Part shown: piece by piece, positions 38,024 through 48,483 of the stretch | Numbering within the stretch: position 1 is the stretch's first letter | How the letters are laid out: each line of letters begins with the position of its first letter | Origin: Gammaproteobacteria bacterium | Lineage (GTDB): Bacteria; Pseudomonadota; Gammaproteobacteria; Steroidobacterales; Rariloculaceae | Assembly: GCA_022819855.1 (NCBI GenBank) | Contig: JAJEGN010000004.1 | Span: 47,128-111,127, forward strand | Reading direction: 5' to 3' | DNA: 64,000 nt | Notes under the pieces: generated by a model | The model's database searches: none | The model's input: the letters and a program-made list of their open reading frames with translations, nothing else | Told to the model about the DNA's origin: nothing | Position numbers and translations under genes: made by a program

Positions 38024-38787
38024 AGGTCCGGTTCGTCCAGATGTTCGAGGATCGCCCGCCGCGCGGCGCTCATCAACTCCGCGGCACTTGAGCGCTCATG
38101 TGCGGGCAGGGGCGGGCAGACCCGCACGGTCAGCGGGCCCGGACTCGCGAGCCACTTGTACGCCGGCAGCTTCCGGCGCGAACCGAGGATCGCGACCGGG
38201 ACGACCGGGAGACCGCTGCGCCGCGCCGCCCGAAACGCTCCGGCGCGAAACGGCTTGAGCCCCGGCCCCGCCTCGAAGGTACCCTCGGGAAAGAAGGCTA
38301 GGTTCTCGCCGCCGAGCGCGGCGGTGAGCAGGCGGCGCGCCGTGCGCTGACGCTGCGGCGCATCGTCGCGCCTGACGAACTCCGAACCCAGCCTCTTGAG
38401 CACGAAGCCCGCGAGCGGCACGGCCGTCATTTCCTGCTTGATCACGAACGTGAACCGGGCGGGCAGGGCGGCGGTCAGGACGATGCCGTCGAGGTAGCTT
38501 GCGTGATTGGCGACGATGACGCAGGAGGCGTCCGCCGGAGGCGCGGGACCGTCGACGCGGATGCGGCTGCCGATCAGGAAGAAGAACGCCCGCGCGCCCA
38601 GGCGCGCCGCCTGCCGCCGCCTGCGCACGCCGGGCATCAGCAACAGAGCCAGCGCGACGGGGGCAGCCGCGATCAGGAGCGCGATCCAGGCGTAGCAGCC
38701 GTAGACGATCCGGGTCGGCAACGCTGAAGTCCCGCGGCCGTGCACGGTCAGGCCGAAAGCCTCCGGCGGCCGCCGGTGCATCCGCAA
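37996..38787 (-). CDS. Lysophospholipid acyltransferase (PlsC-like)
   Basis: NHASYLD, FFPEGT, PVVPVAI; start uncertain. Confidence 0.88.
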   Translation of the reverse strand: MRMHRRPPEAFGLTVHGRGTSALPTRIVYGCYAWIALLIAAAPVALALLLMPGVRRRRQAARLGARAFFFLIGSRIRVDGPAPPADASCVIVANHASYLDGIVLTAALPARFTFVIKQEMTAVPLAGFVLKRLGSEFVRRDDAPQRQRTARRLLTAALGGENLAFFPEGTFEAGPGLKPFRAGAFRAARRSGLPVVPVAILGSRRKLPAYKWLASPGPLTVRVCPPLPAHERSSAAELMSAARRAILEHLDEPDLADNDAGEP

Positions 38788-38877
38788 TCCGCAACCGCCG
38801 TTCCCGCGCGGCGATCGGGACCGCTGAGCGGCCGTGCCGCGAACGGCTCGCGTACGTCACGGGTGTAGACTTGTCGC

Positions 38878-39822
38878 ATGGCGGACGATCTTAACCGCAG
38901 CGGCGCGGCGGCGGCAGCGGCGGGCAGCGCCGGGGATTCCGAGGGACTGATTGCAAGATTCCTCGACTCGATCTGGATGGAGCGGGGCCTGTCGGAAAAC
39001 ACGCTCGACGCGTACCGGGCGGACCTGTTCGCCCTCAGGGAACGGCTTGCTGCAAGGTCCGTTGCGCTCGTGCACGCGCGCCGCGCCGATCTTCTCGATC
39101 ACATCGCCTCCCGGGTCGAAGGCGGCGCGCGGCCCAGGTCCACGGCACGCCAGCTCTCGAGCTTTCGACGCTTCTATCGTTATCTCTTCCGGGAAGGGCT
39201 GATCCGCGAGGATCCGACCGCCAACATCGCAATGCCGAAACTCGGGCGCGCGCTGCCGCACTCGCTGACCGAGGGCGACGTCGAGGCGCTGCTCGCGGCG
39301 CCCGATACGGCCGAGCCGCTTGGGCACCGGGACCGGACGATGCTCGAGCTGCTTTACGCCACGGGCCTGCGCGTGTCGGAACTCGTCGGTCTGCGGATGG
39401 GGCAGGTCAACCTGAACCAGGGCGTCGTGCGGGTCGTCGGCAAGGGCCGACGGGAGCGGCTCGTGCCGCTCGGCGACGAGGCGCAGGACTGGCTGCGCAG
39501 ATTCGTGGCCGGTCCGCGCGTCGACATACTGCGCGGGCGCCAGACGGACCGGCTGTTCCCGACGCGGCGCAGCGACTCCATGACCCGCCAGGCGTTCTGG
39601 TACAACATCAAGCGGTATGCGAAGAAGGCCGGCGTCAGGAAGAAGCTCTCGCCGCACACGCTGCGCCACGCGTTCGCGACACATCTGCTCAATCACGGCG
39701 CCGACCTGCGCGTCGTGCAGTTGCTGCTCGGTCACAGCGACGTCTCCACGACCCAGATCTATACGCATGTCGCGCGGGAACGCATGAAGGAACTGCACGG
39801 CCAGCACCATCCGCGCGGTTGA
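38878..39822 (+). CDS. xerD: Site-specific tyrosine recombinase XerD
   Basis: ERGLSENTL, YATGLRVSEL, GKG, HTLRHAFATH, LGH, STTQIYTHV; xerD-dsbC synteny. Confidence 0.96.
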   Translation: MADDLNRSGAAAAAAGSAGDSEGLIARFLDSIWMERGLSENTLDAYRADLFALRERLAARSVALVHARRADLLDHIASRVEGGARPRSTARQLSSFRRFYRYLFREGLIREDPTANIAMPKLGRALPHSLTEGDVEALLAAPDTAEPLGHRDRTMLELLYATGLRVSELVGLRMGQVNLNQGVVRVVGKGRRERLVPLGDEAQDWLRRFVAGPRVDILRGRQTDRLFPTRRSDSMTRQAFWYNIKRYAKKAGVRKKLSPHTLRHAFATHLLNHGADLRVVQLLLGHSDVSTTQIYTHVARERMKELHGQHHPRG

Positions 39823-39911
39823 GCCGCCCGGTCGCGGCCCGCTTCCGGGCGCGGTCTTTCTTGCTAGAATTGCCCGTGCGCACGCACTCGTGCGCAACCC
39901 GGGAGACTGCC

Positions 39912-40655
39912 GTGAACAGATGTTGGATCGCGCTTACGCCTGGCCTGATTCTTGGCGCCGGCATGCCGGCCGCGCTCGCCCAGGACGACGCTGCCGAACG
40001 CGTCAAGGAGGAACTCGCGACGAAGCTCCTGGGCGTCGAGGCGACCGACATCGGCGAATCCCCGATCGAGGGGCTCTACCAGATCACCGTGGGCACGAAT
40101 GTGGCCTATGTTTCGGCCGACGGACGTTTCCTGCTGCGCGGCGAGATCTACGACATCGAGACGAGCCGGAACCTGACCGAAAACGTGCGCGCGACGACGC
40201 GAACCGAAATGCTTGGCTCGGTCGATCCCGAAACGATCCTCGTCTTCAGCCCGCCCGAGGACGAGGTCAGGCACACGGTCACGATCTTCACCGATATCGA
40301 CTGCGGGTACTGCCGCCAGTTTCACCGCGAGATCGACCGCGTCAACGAACTCGGCATTGCCGTGCACTACCTGTTCTATCCGCGTACGGGGCCTGATACG
40401 GAATCGTGGACCAAGGCCGACAAGGTCTGGTGCGCCGACGACCGCAACACCGCGTTTACCGGCGCGACGGTCGGCAACGTCGTTCCCGAGGAGACCTGCG
40501 CGGAGACCCCGGTACGCGAGCACTTCAATCTCGGCATCGAAGTCGGCGTTCGCGGCACGCCGTCCATTTTCTCCGCTTCCGGTGAGCTGCTCGGCGGCTA
40601 TCTCCCGCCCGACGAACTGCTGGCGGTGCTGGACGAGTCTCCATCCCGGCCGTAA
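39912..40655 (+). CDS. dsbC: Thiol:disulfide isomerase DsbC
   Basis: FTDIDCGYC, GVRGTP, GYLPP; follows xerD. Confidence 0.92.
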   Translation: MNRCWIALTPGLILGAGMPAALAQDDAAERVKEELATKLLGVEATDIGESPIEGLYQITVGTNVAYVSADGRFLLRGEIYDIETSRNLTENVRATTRTEMLGSVDPETILVFSPPEDEVRHTVTIFTDIDCGYCRQFHREIDRVNELGIAVHYLFYPRTGPDTESWTKADKVWCADDRNTAFTGATVGNVVPEETCAETPVREHFNLGIEVGVRGTPSIFSASGELLGGYLPPDELLAVLDESPSRP

Positions 40656-40702
40656 GCCCGCCCTGATTTCCGCAAAGCACCGGCAATAACAAGGAGAAGC
40701 CG

Positions 40703-41107
40703 ATGACCTCAGTTGAAATGGCCTACCTGATCGCGCGCATTCTGACCTGCGGGATCTGGGTCGCGGCGGGCGCGTACAAGCTCACGCACTTCGAGCACAC
40801 GGTCAAGGAGATGCAGGGCCACGGGATCCCGCTGTCGCGGGTCGCGCTGCCGATCGTCATCGCGCTCGAAATGGTCGGTTCGCTGCTGCTGATCATCGAC
40901 TCATACGTCTGGCTGGTGTGCCTGGCCTGGCTCGTGTTCCTGATTCCTGCGAGCTACCTCTATCACTTCCGTTACATGGTCAGGGAAGGGACGATAGACT
41001 TTCTGCAGTGGGTATTGTTCTGGAAGAATGTTTCGATCGCGGGCGGCCTGATCGCCTTGATCCTGCTCGATGCCAGCCGGCCGGCCTGGCTCATCGCCGC
41101 GGCTTGA
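40703..41107 (+). CDS. DoxX family membrane protein
   Basis: ARIL, AGAYKL, IALEMVG, FWKNVSIAGGL; AAGGAG RBS. Confidence 0.85.
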   Translation: MTSVEMAYLIARILTCGIWVAAGAYKLTHFEHTVKEMQGHGIPLSRVALPIVIALEMVGSLLLIIDSYVWLVCLAWLVFLIPASYLYHFRYMVREGTIDFLQWVLFWKNVSIAGGLIALILLDASRPAWLIAAA

Positions 41108-41205
41108 ACGTTGTCGGGGCAGACCGGGTTCCCTGCCCGGACTCGCGATCCGGCGCGATTCGCCGGTCCGGATCCTGATACGCGTATGACTGGAGGGGGA
41201 GAACG

Positions 41206-42030
41206 ATGTCACGACTCGTACACTTCGCGCTGATCGCCATGATCGCGGCGCCCGCCGCGGCGCTCGCGCAGACCGCGGCCGAGCGCCGCGAAGCCTTGAG
41301 CAACATGATCCCGCAGCATCCGGAGTACCTCGGCGCGCTCGCTCCGGAGAATCTCAATGCGGAACGTCCCGAACCGCCGTTCAACCTGACGGGCACCTGG
41401 TTCGTCGACCTCAGCGAAGGGTTCGCGAATTTCAGGTACGGGCCGCCGTACCCGGAGTTCATCGGTCAGGCGAGAGAGGATTTCGAGGAGGGCTTGCGCG
41501 CGCGCGCCGAGGGCCGTCCCTATCGCGACGCGATCGGTCAGTGTTTCCCGGCCGGCATCCCGATGATCATGACGCGGGTCTGGCCCATCGCGATGGTGCA
41601 ACTGCCGACCGTGATCTACATGGTCTCGAACTTCAACAACAGCTTCAGGCAGATCTTCCTCGACGGGCGCGACTACTCGGACCCGGATTACGTGATCTTC
41701 ACCTACAACGGCGAGTCGATCGGTCACTGGGAGGGCGATACGCTCGTCGTCAACACGCGCTACGTCGAGACGTTCAACCATTTCATCGATTCGGGCATCC
41801 CGATTTCCGAGGACTTCCACATGCAGGAGCGCATCCGCCTGCTCGAGGACGGCGAGGTGCTCCAGATCGAGCACATCATGACGGACCCGAACAACTGGGT
41901 CGGGGAGTGGCGCAACACCAAGCAGTGGCTCAGGGTCGATTACACGGATATCGGCGAGGTCGAGTGCCTGCCGAACCTGAACGAGAATCTTCCAAGCACG
42001 CAGGCCGGTCAGGCGGGACTCTCCGAGTAG
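41206..42030 (+). CDS. Secreted uncharacterised Cys-pair family protein (DUF6152 partner)
   Basis: Signal peptide; NLTGTW, QCFPAGIP, RQIFLDGR, GESIGHWEGDTLVV, TDP, EVECLP. Confidence 0.85.
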   Translation: MSRLVHFALIAMIAAPAAALAQTAAERREALSNMIPQHPEYLGALAPENLNAERPEPPFNLTGTWFVDLSEGFANFRYGPPYPEFIGQAREDFEEGLRARAEGRPYRDAIGQCFPAGIPMIMTRVWPIAMVQLPTVIYMVSNFNNSFRQIFLDGRDYSDPDYVIFTYNGESIGHWEGDTLVVNTRYVETFNHFIDSGIPISEDFHMQERIRLLEDGEVLQIEHIMTDPNNWVGEWRNTKQWLRVDYTDIGEVECLPNLNENLPSTQAGQAGLSE

Positions 42031-42078
42031 GCGAGCCTGCAAGTGCACAGGCAAGGGAACGAAACGGGGTACGAGACA

Positions 42079-42516
42079 ATGAAGACGGTCGGACGAGTCG
42101 GACTTTCGGCTGCGTTGGCTGCGGCTGCGGCTGCGCTCGGCATGCTCGGCGCGACGCTCGGGTGGGCCCATCACTCCACCGCGGCCTTCGACAATGACAC
42201 CGTGGTCAGGATCGACGGCACCGTGACGCAGTTCCGCTGGATCAACCCGCATGCGTCCTTCAAGGTCGACGGGGTCAGCGAGGGCGACGCGCCGGACGGG
42301 CTCTGGACCGTGGAGATGACCGCCGCGAACGTCCTGATCAACCAGGGCTGGAGGCGAACGTCGCTACGGGTCGGTGACGAGGTGACCGTCTACGTCAACC
42401 CGCTGCGCAACGCCATCACGCTCAACGACGGGAGCCAGGGCGGCCTGTACGTCGGCGTCGAGCTGGCCGACGGCACGACGCTTGGCCGCACGGACGGCAC
42501 GCCGGACGACGAGTAG
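42079..42516 (+). CDS. DUF6152-type secreted protein
   Basis: Signal peptide ending GWA, then HHSTAAFD; WINPH; WTVE. Confidence 0.85.
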   Translation: MKTVGRVGLSAALAAAAAALGMLGATLGWAHHSTAAFDNDTVVRIDGTVTQFRWINPHASFKVDGVSEGDAPDGLWTVEMTAANVLINQGWRRTSLRVGDEVTVYVNPLRNAITLNDGSQGGLYVGVELADGTTLGRTDGTPDDE

Positions 42517-42639
42517 CCGACAGGTGGCTCCTGGCGGCAAGCGAGTGCTTGGTCGATGCGAAGCAGGACGCTCGGTAAGCGCTTCGTTCCCGGGCAATGA
42601 TCGATCCGTCGGTCGAACACCTATGACGGGGATGACGGC

Positions 42640-44073
42640 GTGAATTGGAGGACTCCCGGGATCGTTGCAATCGCGCTTGCTGCTGCGGTGTTCGCATCCG
42701 TGGCCGCAGCGCAACGCGTCGCCGATCCGGGATTCACGAGCGTCGGCCGCGGGGCGCCGCTGCCGGTCGCGATTCCGGCCGAGTCGTTTACCGACATGGC
42801 GGACACCGAAAAATATCCGCCTGACGAGATCGAGGGTCTGCCGGAACGCCACTGGATGGTCGGACCCTACATCGTGAATCGCGAGGGCGAGGACGGCGAG
42901 GCCGTCGAGGTGCGGGCCGGGTCGGCCTGGAACGGCGCCGCGCCGGAGGGCGTCGAGCCGCTCGAGGTCGACATCTTCACGAGCGAGGACTTCTACGCCG
43001 ACCGCGAACTGTGGAGCGACCCGCGCTATTTCCGCTGCAACAGCAGCTTTGCGATTGAAGCGGCATGGAGCTCGGGCACGATCGGCGACGATCCGCCGGC
43101 GACGGCTGCCTGGGGATATTGCGACCGCGACTACCCGCGCGAGGCGATCGTGAGCCCCTATCCGTTCGATACGGCCGAGGCACATTACGCGGCGCTGCTC
43201 GAGGAGACCCGGGCGCGCGGCGGTCCGACCGAACACAGCTACGCCACCGTTCCGGGCGACTGGAACGGCCGCTACGTCTGGCCGCGCGGCCAGAACTGGT
43301 ACGCGGAGCACCTCTGGAACCAGGTGCCGACGATCCTGTCGCTATTGACCGAGGAATACCGGACCCGCATGGTCCAGGAGGCGTATCACAACGCCCATTC
43401 CAATGCGGCTCAATGGCCGGGCCAGTATTGCTGGCCGGAAGGCTTCATGCGGCGCTGGCACTACCACGCGGTCACGAACCAGCCGCACTGGATCACGGTG
43501 ACGCCGACTCTCGTGCAGTTCCTGGCCGGCGACGTCCAGAACGTGCTCACGATCGTCCATGTCGGCCGGTCGTTCAACACGGACGGCGCGGTTCCCCGGC
43601 TCGGCGCCGACGTGCCGCGCTGGTACGGCGAGACGATCGGTTTCTGGGACGGCGACGTGCTGATCACCTGGGCGTCCAACATCCAGGGCTGGAAGGTGCA
43701 CGGCAACTTCGATTTCTCCAACCGCCTGCAGACGATCGAGATCTACACGCCGAACCGTGACGAGAGCGGCGCGCTCGTCGGCCTCGATCACGAGGGCATC
43801 TTCTACGACCCCGAGGGGCTCGTCGAACCGATCCGCATGGTTCGCAACCTCGTCAGGATCAGCGATTACGACGAGGGCGATCCGTTCACCTTCATCGAGT
43901 GTCTGCAGACCATCTACCCGATCGACGGCATCGCGACGCCCGTGTCGCCCGGTACGGTGATCGACTTCACGGTGCCGGACATGTACGGCCGTCCCTGGGC
44001 CCGGATCTGGGAGGAATTCCACGAGCAGGGCATGGAGCGCCCCGGGGACGACGACATCTTCAGCTTCGAGTAA
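42640..44073 (+). CDS. Secreted uncharacterised Cys-pair family protein, long form
   Basis: [42 protein letters not shown]; extra N-terminal domain with two more Cys. Confidence 0.82.
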   Translation: MNWRTPGIVAIALAAAVFASVAAAQRVADPGFTSVGRGAPLPVAIPAESFTDMADTEKYPPDEIEGLPERHWMVGPYIVNREGEDGEAVEVRAGSAWNGAAPEGVEPLEVDIFTSEDFYADRELWSDPRYFRCNSSFAIEAAWSSGTIGDDPPATAAWGYCDRDYPREAIVSPYPFDTAEAHYAALLEETRARGGPTEHSYATVPGDWNGRYVWPRGQNWYAEHLWNQVPTILSLLTEEYRTRMVQEAYHNAHSNAAQWPGQYCWPEGFMRRWHYHAVTNQPHWITVTPTLVQFLAGDVQNVLTIVHVGRSFNTDGAVPRLGADVPRWYGETIGFWDGDVLITWASNIQGWKVHGNFDFSNRLQTIEIYTPNRDESGALVGLDHEGIFYDPEGLVEPIRMVRNLVRISDYDEGDPFTFIECLQTIYPIDGIATPVSPGTVIDFTVPDMYGRPWARIWEEFHEQGMERPGDDDIFSFE

Positions 44074-44080
44074 TGCGATC

Positions 44081-44908
44081 TCAGTGAGTGCTTGCGACTG
44101 GGGCCGTGTCCAGCATGCCCAGCGCCGTGGAGATCTCGCTTGCCGCGGTCTCCGTCAAACGCGCCGCCCGGTCGGCGGATACCGGGTGCGAGCCGTCGAG
44201 ATAGTCCAGAAAAGGAATCACCAGTGCGGCGGTGACGTAGCCCGCGTGGTCGAACACCGGGAAGGCGATGTCGGTGACGCCGTGCACCTGGGCGCTGGGG
44301 ACGATTTCCCTGCCCTGGTCGCGGATGCGCGTGGCCATCCGGTGGATTTCGCCGGTGTCGGGCCTGTCTTGCAGCCCGGGGATCTTGGAGAGCATCGTCG
44401 CGCGCGACTCATCATCCGCGTACGCGAGCAGAATGCGCCCGGAACAGGTTTCCAGCAGCGGTGCGATCGCCCCGAGCCGGACGCTGTAGATGCGGTCCGC
44501 CGGCGGGTCGTACTGGGCCACGACGTGGCCCTGTCCCGCGTAGTGGATGACCAGGTGGCAGGACTGGCCGGTATCTCTGGCCAGTTTCTTCATGATCGGA
44601 CCGGCGGAGGCCGTGAGCCGCGCCACCGGAGGAAACCGGTGCGACATTTCGAACATTCTGAGCGTCAGGACGAAGGCGTCGGAGTCCCCGCTCATCTGTA
44701 TGTAGTTGCGCCGTTCCAGCACGACGACCATGCGGAACAGTTCTCCGACCGTGCGGCCGAGCCGTTCGGCCAGTTCGGTGATGGTCAGCCCCTCCGGTTC
44801 CCGGGCCAGGAGTTCCAGAACGTCCAGGCCCTTCTCGAGCGCCGGCGCCCGATAAAGCTGGCGCCGCGCCTTTGCGGCATCACCCGTCGATCGTCGAGGT
44901 CCTCTCAT
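44081..44908 (-). CDS. IclR family transcriptional regulator
   Basis: YRAPALEKGLDVLELL, ELFRM, QSCHL, CSGRILLA, GVTDIAFPV; start uncertain. Confidence 0.9.
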   Translation of the reverse strand: MRGPRRSTGDAAKARRQLYRAPALEKGLDVLELLAREPEGLTITELAERLGRTVGELFRMVVVLERRNYIQMSGDSDAFVLTLRMFEMSHRFPPVARLTASAGPIMKKLARDTGQSCHLVIHYAGQGHVVAQYDPPADRIYSVRLGAIAPLLETCSGRILLAYADDESRATMLSKIPGLQDRPDTGEIHRMATRIRDQGREIVPSAQVHGVTDIAFPVFDHAGYVTAALVIPFLDYLDGSHPVSADRAARLTETAASEISTALGMLDTAPVASTH

Positions 44909-45133
44909 CTTCCGGCGCTCGTCCCAGGTTCTCCGAATCCGGTCAGCCAGGCGGATTCCCGCCGACACCCCTGATTATGTTCAATTTTGGAAAAGGTTTC
45001 CATATGTAACCCGCACACCGGGGATTTGAGCTTGCGTGCGGCAACGAATCCCTGGCCGCGGATCGCTGCAACACCATCCTGAGCGGCGCGCGTTTTCTGG
45101 TACGGTGTTGCGGTTCTGCAGGGGAGGGCTTGC

Positions 45134-46393
45134 GTGAGCCTGTTTGAAATCGGCGCCTTTCTGATCGGTCTTTCGGCCTTGTTCGGCTACATCAATTACC
45201 GGTACCTGCGCGCACCGCACACCATCGGCCTGGTTCTCATTGCCGTGGTCGCCTCGCTGGCCATGCTGCTGGTCGAGTCCCTGATTCCCGCCGCGAACGT
45301 CGACGCATTGATCGTCCGGGTGTTGGCAAGGATCGACTTCCACGAAACGCTCATGCACGGCATGCTGAGTTTCCTGTTGTTCGCGGGCGCCCTGCATGTG
45401 GATCTGTCGGCGTTGCGCGAGCGTTATCGCACGATCGGCCTGATGGCGACCGCGGGCACGCTGATCTCAACCCTTCTCATCGGTGCTGCCACATGGCTTC
45501 TGGCCGGCTGGGCGGGGCATCCGATCCCCTTCGTCTGGGCGCTCGTCTTCGGGGCGCTGATCAGCCCGACCGATCCGGTCGCGGTATTGGCCCTGTTCAG
45601 GACCATGCCGGTACCGGAGTCCCTGCAGGTGACGCTGACCGGAGAGTCCCTGTTCAACGACGGTGTCGGAGTGGTGGTGTTCACCGTCATCCTCGGTGTC
45701 GCGATCCAGGGCGGAGAACCCAGCCTCGTGCACATCGGCGAACTGTTCGCCGTGGAAGTGCTTGGCGGGGTCGTCCTGGGGCTCATGGCGGGCTACGTCG
45801 GCTACCGCGCCATGCACCGCGTGGCCGAGCTGAACCTGCAGGTGCTGATCACCCTGGCGGTCGTGATGGTCTGCTACGCGGCGGCCGTCAGGCTGGAAGT
45901 CAGCGGGCCCATCGCCATGGTGGTGGCCGGGCTCTTTATCGGCAACAGCAGCATGAAATACGCGGTCGGCGACCGTTCCCGGGACTATCTTCAGATGTTC
46001 TGGGCATTGCTCGACGAGATTCTCAACTCCGTGCTGTTCCTGCTGATCGGCCTGGAGGTCCTGATCATTGCCCGCGGCGGTTTCGAGTACTGGATGGGTC
46101 TGCTGGTCATTCCCGTAACCCTCGCCGGCCGCGGGCTCAGCGTGCTGTTTTCGATCGGCGTGCTGCGCCGCTGGGAGGCGTATTCCAGGGGGACCGTTGC
46201 CGTTCTGACGTGGGGCGGACTGCGAGGCGGCATCGCCGTGGCCCTGGCGTTGTCCTTGCCGCCGAACGACTACCGGCCGTTCATCCTCAGCATCACTTAC
46301 GTCGTGGTGCTGTTCTCCATCATCGTGCAGGGATTGACCGTTGCACGGCTGATTCGACGCGTGGTGCCGGCGCAGTCGTCCCGGTCCGGATGA
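45134..46393 (+). CDS. Na+/H+ antiporter, CPA1 (NhaP-type)
   Basis: LLFAGALH, ISPTDPVAV, GESLFNDG, WGGLRGGIAVALAL. Confidence 0.93.
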   Translation: MSLFEIGAFLIGLSALFGYINYRYLRAPHTIGLVLIAVVASLAMLLVESLIPAANVDALIVRVLARIDFHETLMHGMLSFLLFAGALHVDLSALRERYRTIGLMATAGTLISTLLIGAATWLLAGWAGHPIPFVWALVFGALISPTDPVAVLALFRTMPVPESLQVTLTGESLFNDGVGVVVFTVILGVAIQGGEPSLVHIGELFAVEVLGGVVLGLMAGYVGYRAMHRVAELNLQVLITLAVVMVCYAAAVRLEVSGPIAMVVAGLFIGNSSMKYAVGDRSRDYLQMFWALLDEILNSVLFLLIGLEVLIIARGGFEYWMGLLVIPVTLAGRGLSVLFSIGVLRRWEAYSRGTVAVLTWGGLRGGIAVALALSLPPNDYRPFILSITYVVVLFSIIVQGLTVARLIRRVVPAQSSRSG

Positions 46394-46615
46394 GTGAAGC
46401 GGCCCGGTGATTGGCCGCCGGTGTGCCGATCAGCCGCGGCGCGTGGCATGTCGCGCGTCTGTGTCACACAAGTAGCGGACCGTACCGCGATATCCGGAGA
46501 CTTCGAACGTTGAGCTTGAGTGCCCCCGCTCGGGTGGACACTTCCGGGCCATGTTGTATTGCCTGTACACGGCGGACGAATATGATCGTCCTGATACTGG
46601 TTGCGGGATGCGCGG

Positions 46616-47752
46616 ATGACCCACACTGACCACTCCCTGGAAACCCTGCTCGCCCAGGCCGGGCACTTCATCGATCCGGAAACGGGCGCGGTCGTACCGC
46701 CCATCCATCCGTCGACGACCTACAGGCGCGACGGGAACTACGAGTTGCAGGGGTTCGAGTACAGCCGCATCGCCAATCCAACCGGCCGCCGGGTCGAGGA
46801 GGTCCTGGCGAGCCTGGAAGGCGCCGAGGACGCCCTGTTGTTCTCGTCGGGACTTGCGGGGGTCTCGACGTTCTTCGAAACGGTGCGCTCGGGCAAGCGC
46901 GTTGTTGCGCCGCGGGTGATGTACCACGGCGCGGCCGACTGGCTGCGGCGACTTGCAGAGCGCCGCGGGATCGATGTTGCCTTTTTCGATGCCGCGGCGC
47001 CTGATGCCCTCGAGCGCGCGGTTCTGGCCGGAGAGACTTCAGTCGTCTGGATAGAGCCCTCGGTGAATCCGACCTGGGACGTGATCGACGTACGGGCAGC
47101 GGCGGAGACCGCGCACGCGGCGGGTGCGATCCTTGCGGTCGACGCCACGGTGACGCCGGCGGTAACGCTTCGGGCGCTCGATCTCGGCGCCGACATCGTC
47201 TTTCATTCCGGCACCAAGTACCTGGCCGGACACAGCGACGTGACGGCCGGCGTGCTGGCAACGAGAGCCGTCGATACCCGCTGGGACGAGATCAGGCGCG
47301 CCCGCACCCTGATGGGCGGTGTGCTCGGTCCCTTCGAGTCCTGGCTGCTCTTGCGCGGCATGCGCACCCTTCACCTGCGCTACGAACGCCAGTCGGCCAA
47401 CGCGCTCGCGCTCGCCCGGCACTTCGAGCGCCATCCGAGGCTTGAGGCCGTGCTCTACGCCGGACTCGAGTCTCACCCCGGTCACGCGATCGCAGCACGG
47501 CAGATGCGTGGCGGCTTCGGCGCCATGGTCTCGCTGCTTGTGTCCGGTGACGCCGACGACGCGAAGCGGGTAGCGACTCGCACACGGTTGTTCGTGCCCG
47601 CAACCTCGCTTGGCGGGGTCGAAAGCCTGATCGAGCACCGCGCCACGGTGGAAGGCCCGAACAGTGCCGTACCGGCTAACCTGCTGCGCCTTTCAGTCGG
47701 TATCGAGCGTGCCGACGAACTCATCGCGGACCTGGAGCAGGCGCTGGGCTGA
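46616..47752 (+). CDS. PLP-dependent trans-sulfuration enzyme (cystathionine gamma-synthase/lyase family)
   Basis: YSRIANPT, HSGTKYLAGHSD, RGMRTL, TSLGGVESL, RLSVGIE. Confidence 0.93.
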   Translation: MTHTDHSLETLLAQAGHFIDPETGAVVPPIHPSTTYRRDGNYELQGFEYSRIANPTGRRVEEVLASLEGAEDALLFSSGLAGVSTFFETVRSGKRVVAPRVMYHGAADWLRRLAERRGIDVAFFDAAAPDALERAVLAGETSVVWIEPSVNPTWDVIDVRAAAETAHAAGAILAVDATVTPAVTLRALDLGADIVFHSGTKYLAGHSDVTAGVLATRAVDTRWDEIRRARTLMGGVLGPFESWLLLRGMRTLHLRYERQSANALALARHFERHPRLEAVLYAGLESHPGHAIAARQMRGGFGAMVSLLVSGDADDAKRVATRTRLFVPATSLGGVESLIEHRATVEGPNSAVPANLLRLSVGIERADELIADLEQALG

Positions 47753-48075
47753 GGCGGCCATCGCCTCGACCTGTCGTCGAGCCCATTGCATCTCGAGGTC
47801 GATCCTTTGGGGCCGGGAACTGCGGCGCGTTGCATCCAAATGGACTTCCGCGGGCATCTATTTGACAAACGCGGTATTTCGCCGCGTGGCCACACGGGAG
47901 AAAGAGGATGTACTACAGAATGCACGAAGGTCTGGTCCAGCTTGTGGTGGTTGCGCTGATTGGCCTCGCCTATGCTCAGTGCCTGCAACAGTCGTTCGCG
48001 ATTGCGGCGGTCTGAGCCGGGCGCTTGAGCCACCGATAACGCCAAATTCGAAGCATTCGTTTCAGGGAGCAGGAA

Positions 48076-48468
48076 ATGCAAGAGGAAGTTGTTGCCGTAT
48101 TCATTCCGATCGTCATGTTCATCGCCATCGCTGTCGTATTGTGCGTGTACTTCTACCTGCGTCATCGCACCAGCGAGGCGGTCCAGAAGACCGTGCAAAC
48201 GGCGATCGAACAGGGTCAGCAACTCACCCCCGAGATACTTGAGCGGCTCGGACAGGTGCCGAAACGCAGGACATCCGACAATGACAAATCCGATCTCCGC
48301 CGCGGCGTGATCCTGATCAGCGTCGGACTCGGGATAGCGGCCTTCGTGGCGTTGGTCCACGAGGAAGGCACCCTGGGTCCGGCGATTGGCATCGGTTTGC
48401 TGCCGTTCCTGGTCGGGGTCGCCTACCTGGGGCTGTGGAAACTCGGCAAGCCGGACAAGTCCGGCTAG
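48076..48468 (+). CDS. DUF6249-type membrane protein
   Basis: AIEQGQQL.PE, DLRRGVIL, GLLPFLVGVAYL; first gene of an ECF operon. Confidence 0.75.
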   Translation: MQEEVVAVFIPIVMFIAIAVVLCVYFYLRHRTSEAVQKTVQTAIEQGQQLTPEILERLGQVPKRRTSDNDKSDLRRGVILISVGLGIAAFVALVHEEGTLGPAIGIGLLPFLVGVAYLGLWKLGKPDKSG

Positions 48469-48483
48469 TACGCCGAGGGCCGC

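Noticed and set aside
38878-39822. Tyrosine recombinase as a mobile-element integrase
   Set aside because: Sequence and dsbC synteny identify it as chromosomal XerD.
46362-46370. TGGTGCCGG as an att copy of the tRNA-Leu 3' end
   Set aside because: Only 9 bp, GC-rich and inside the antiporter coding sequence; likely chance.
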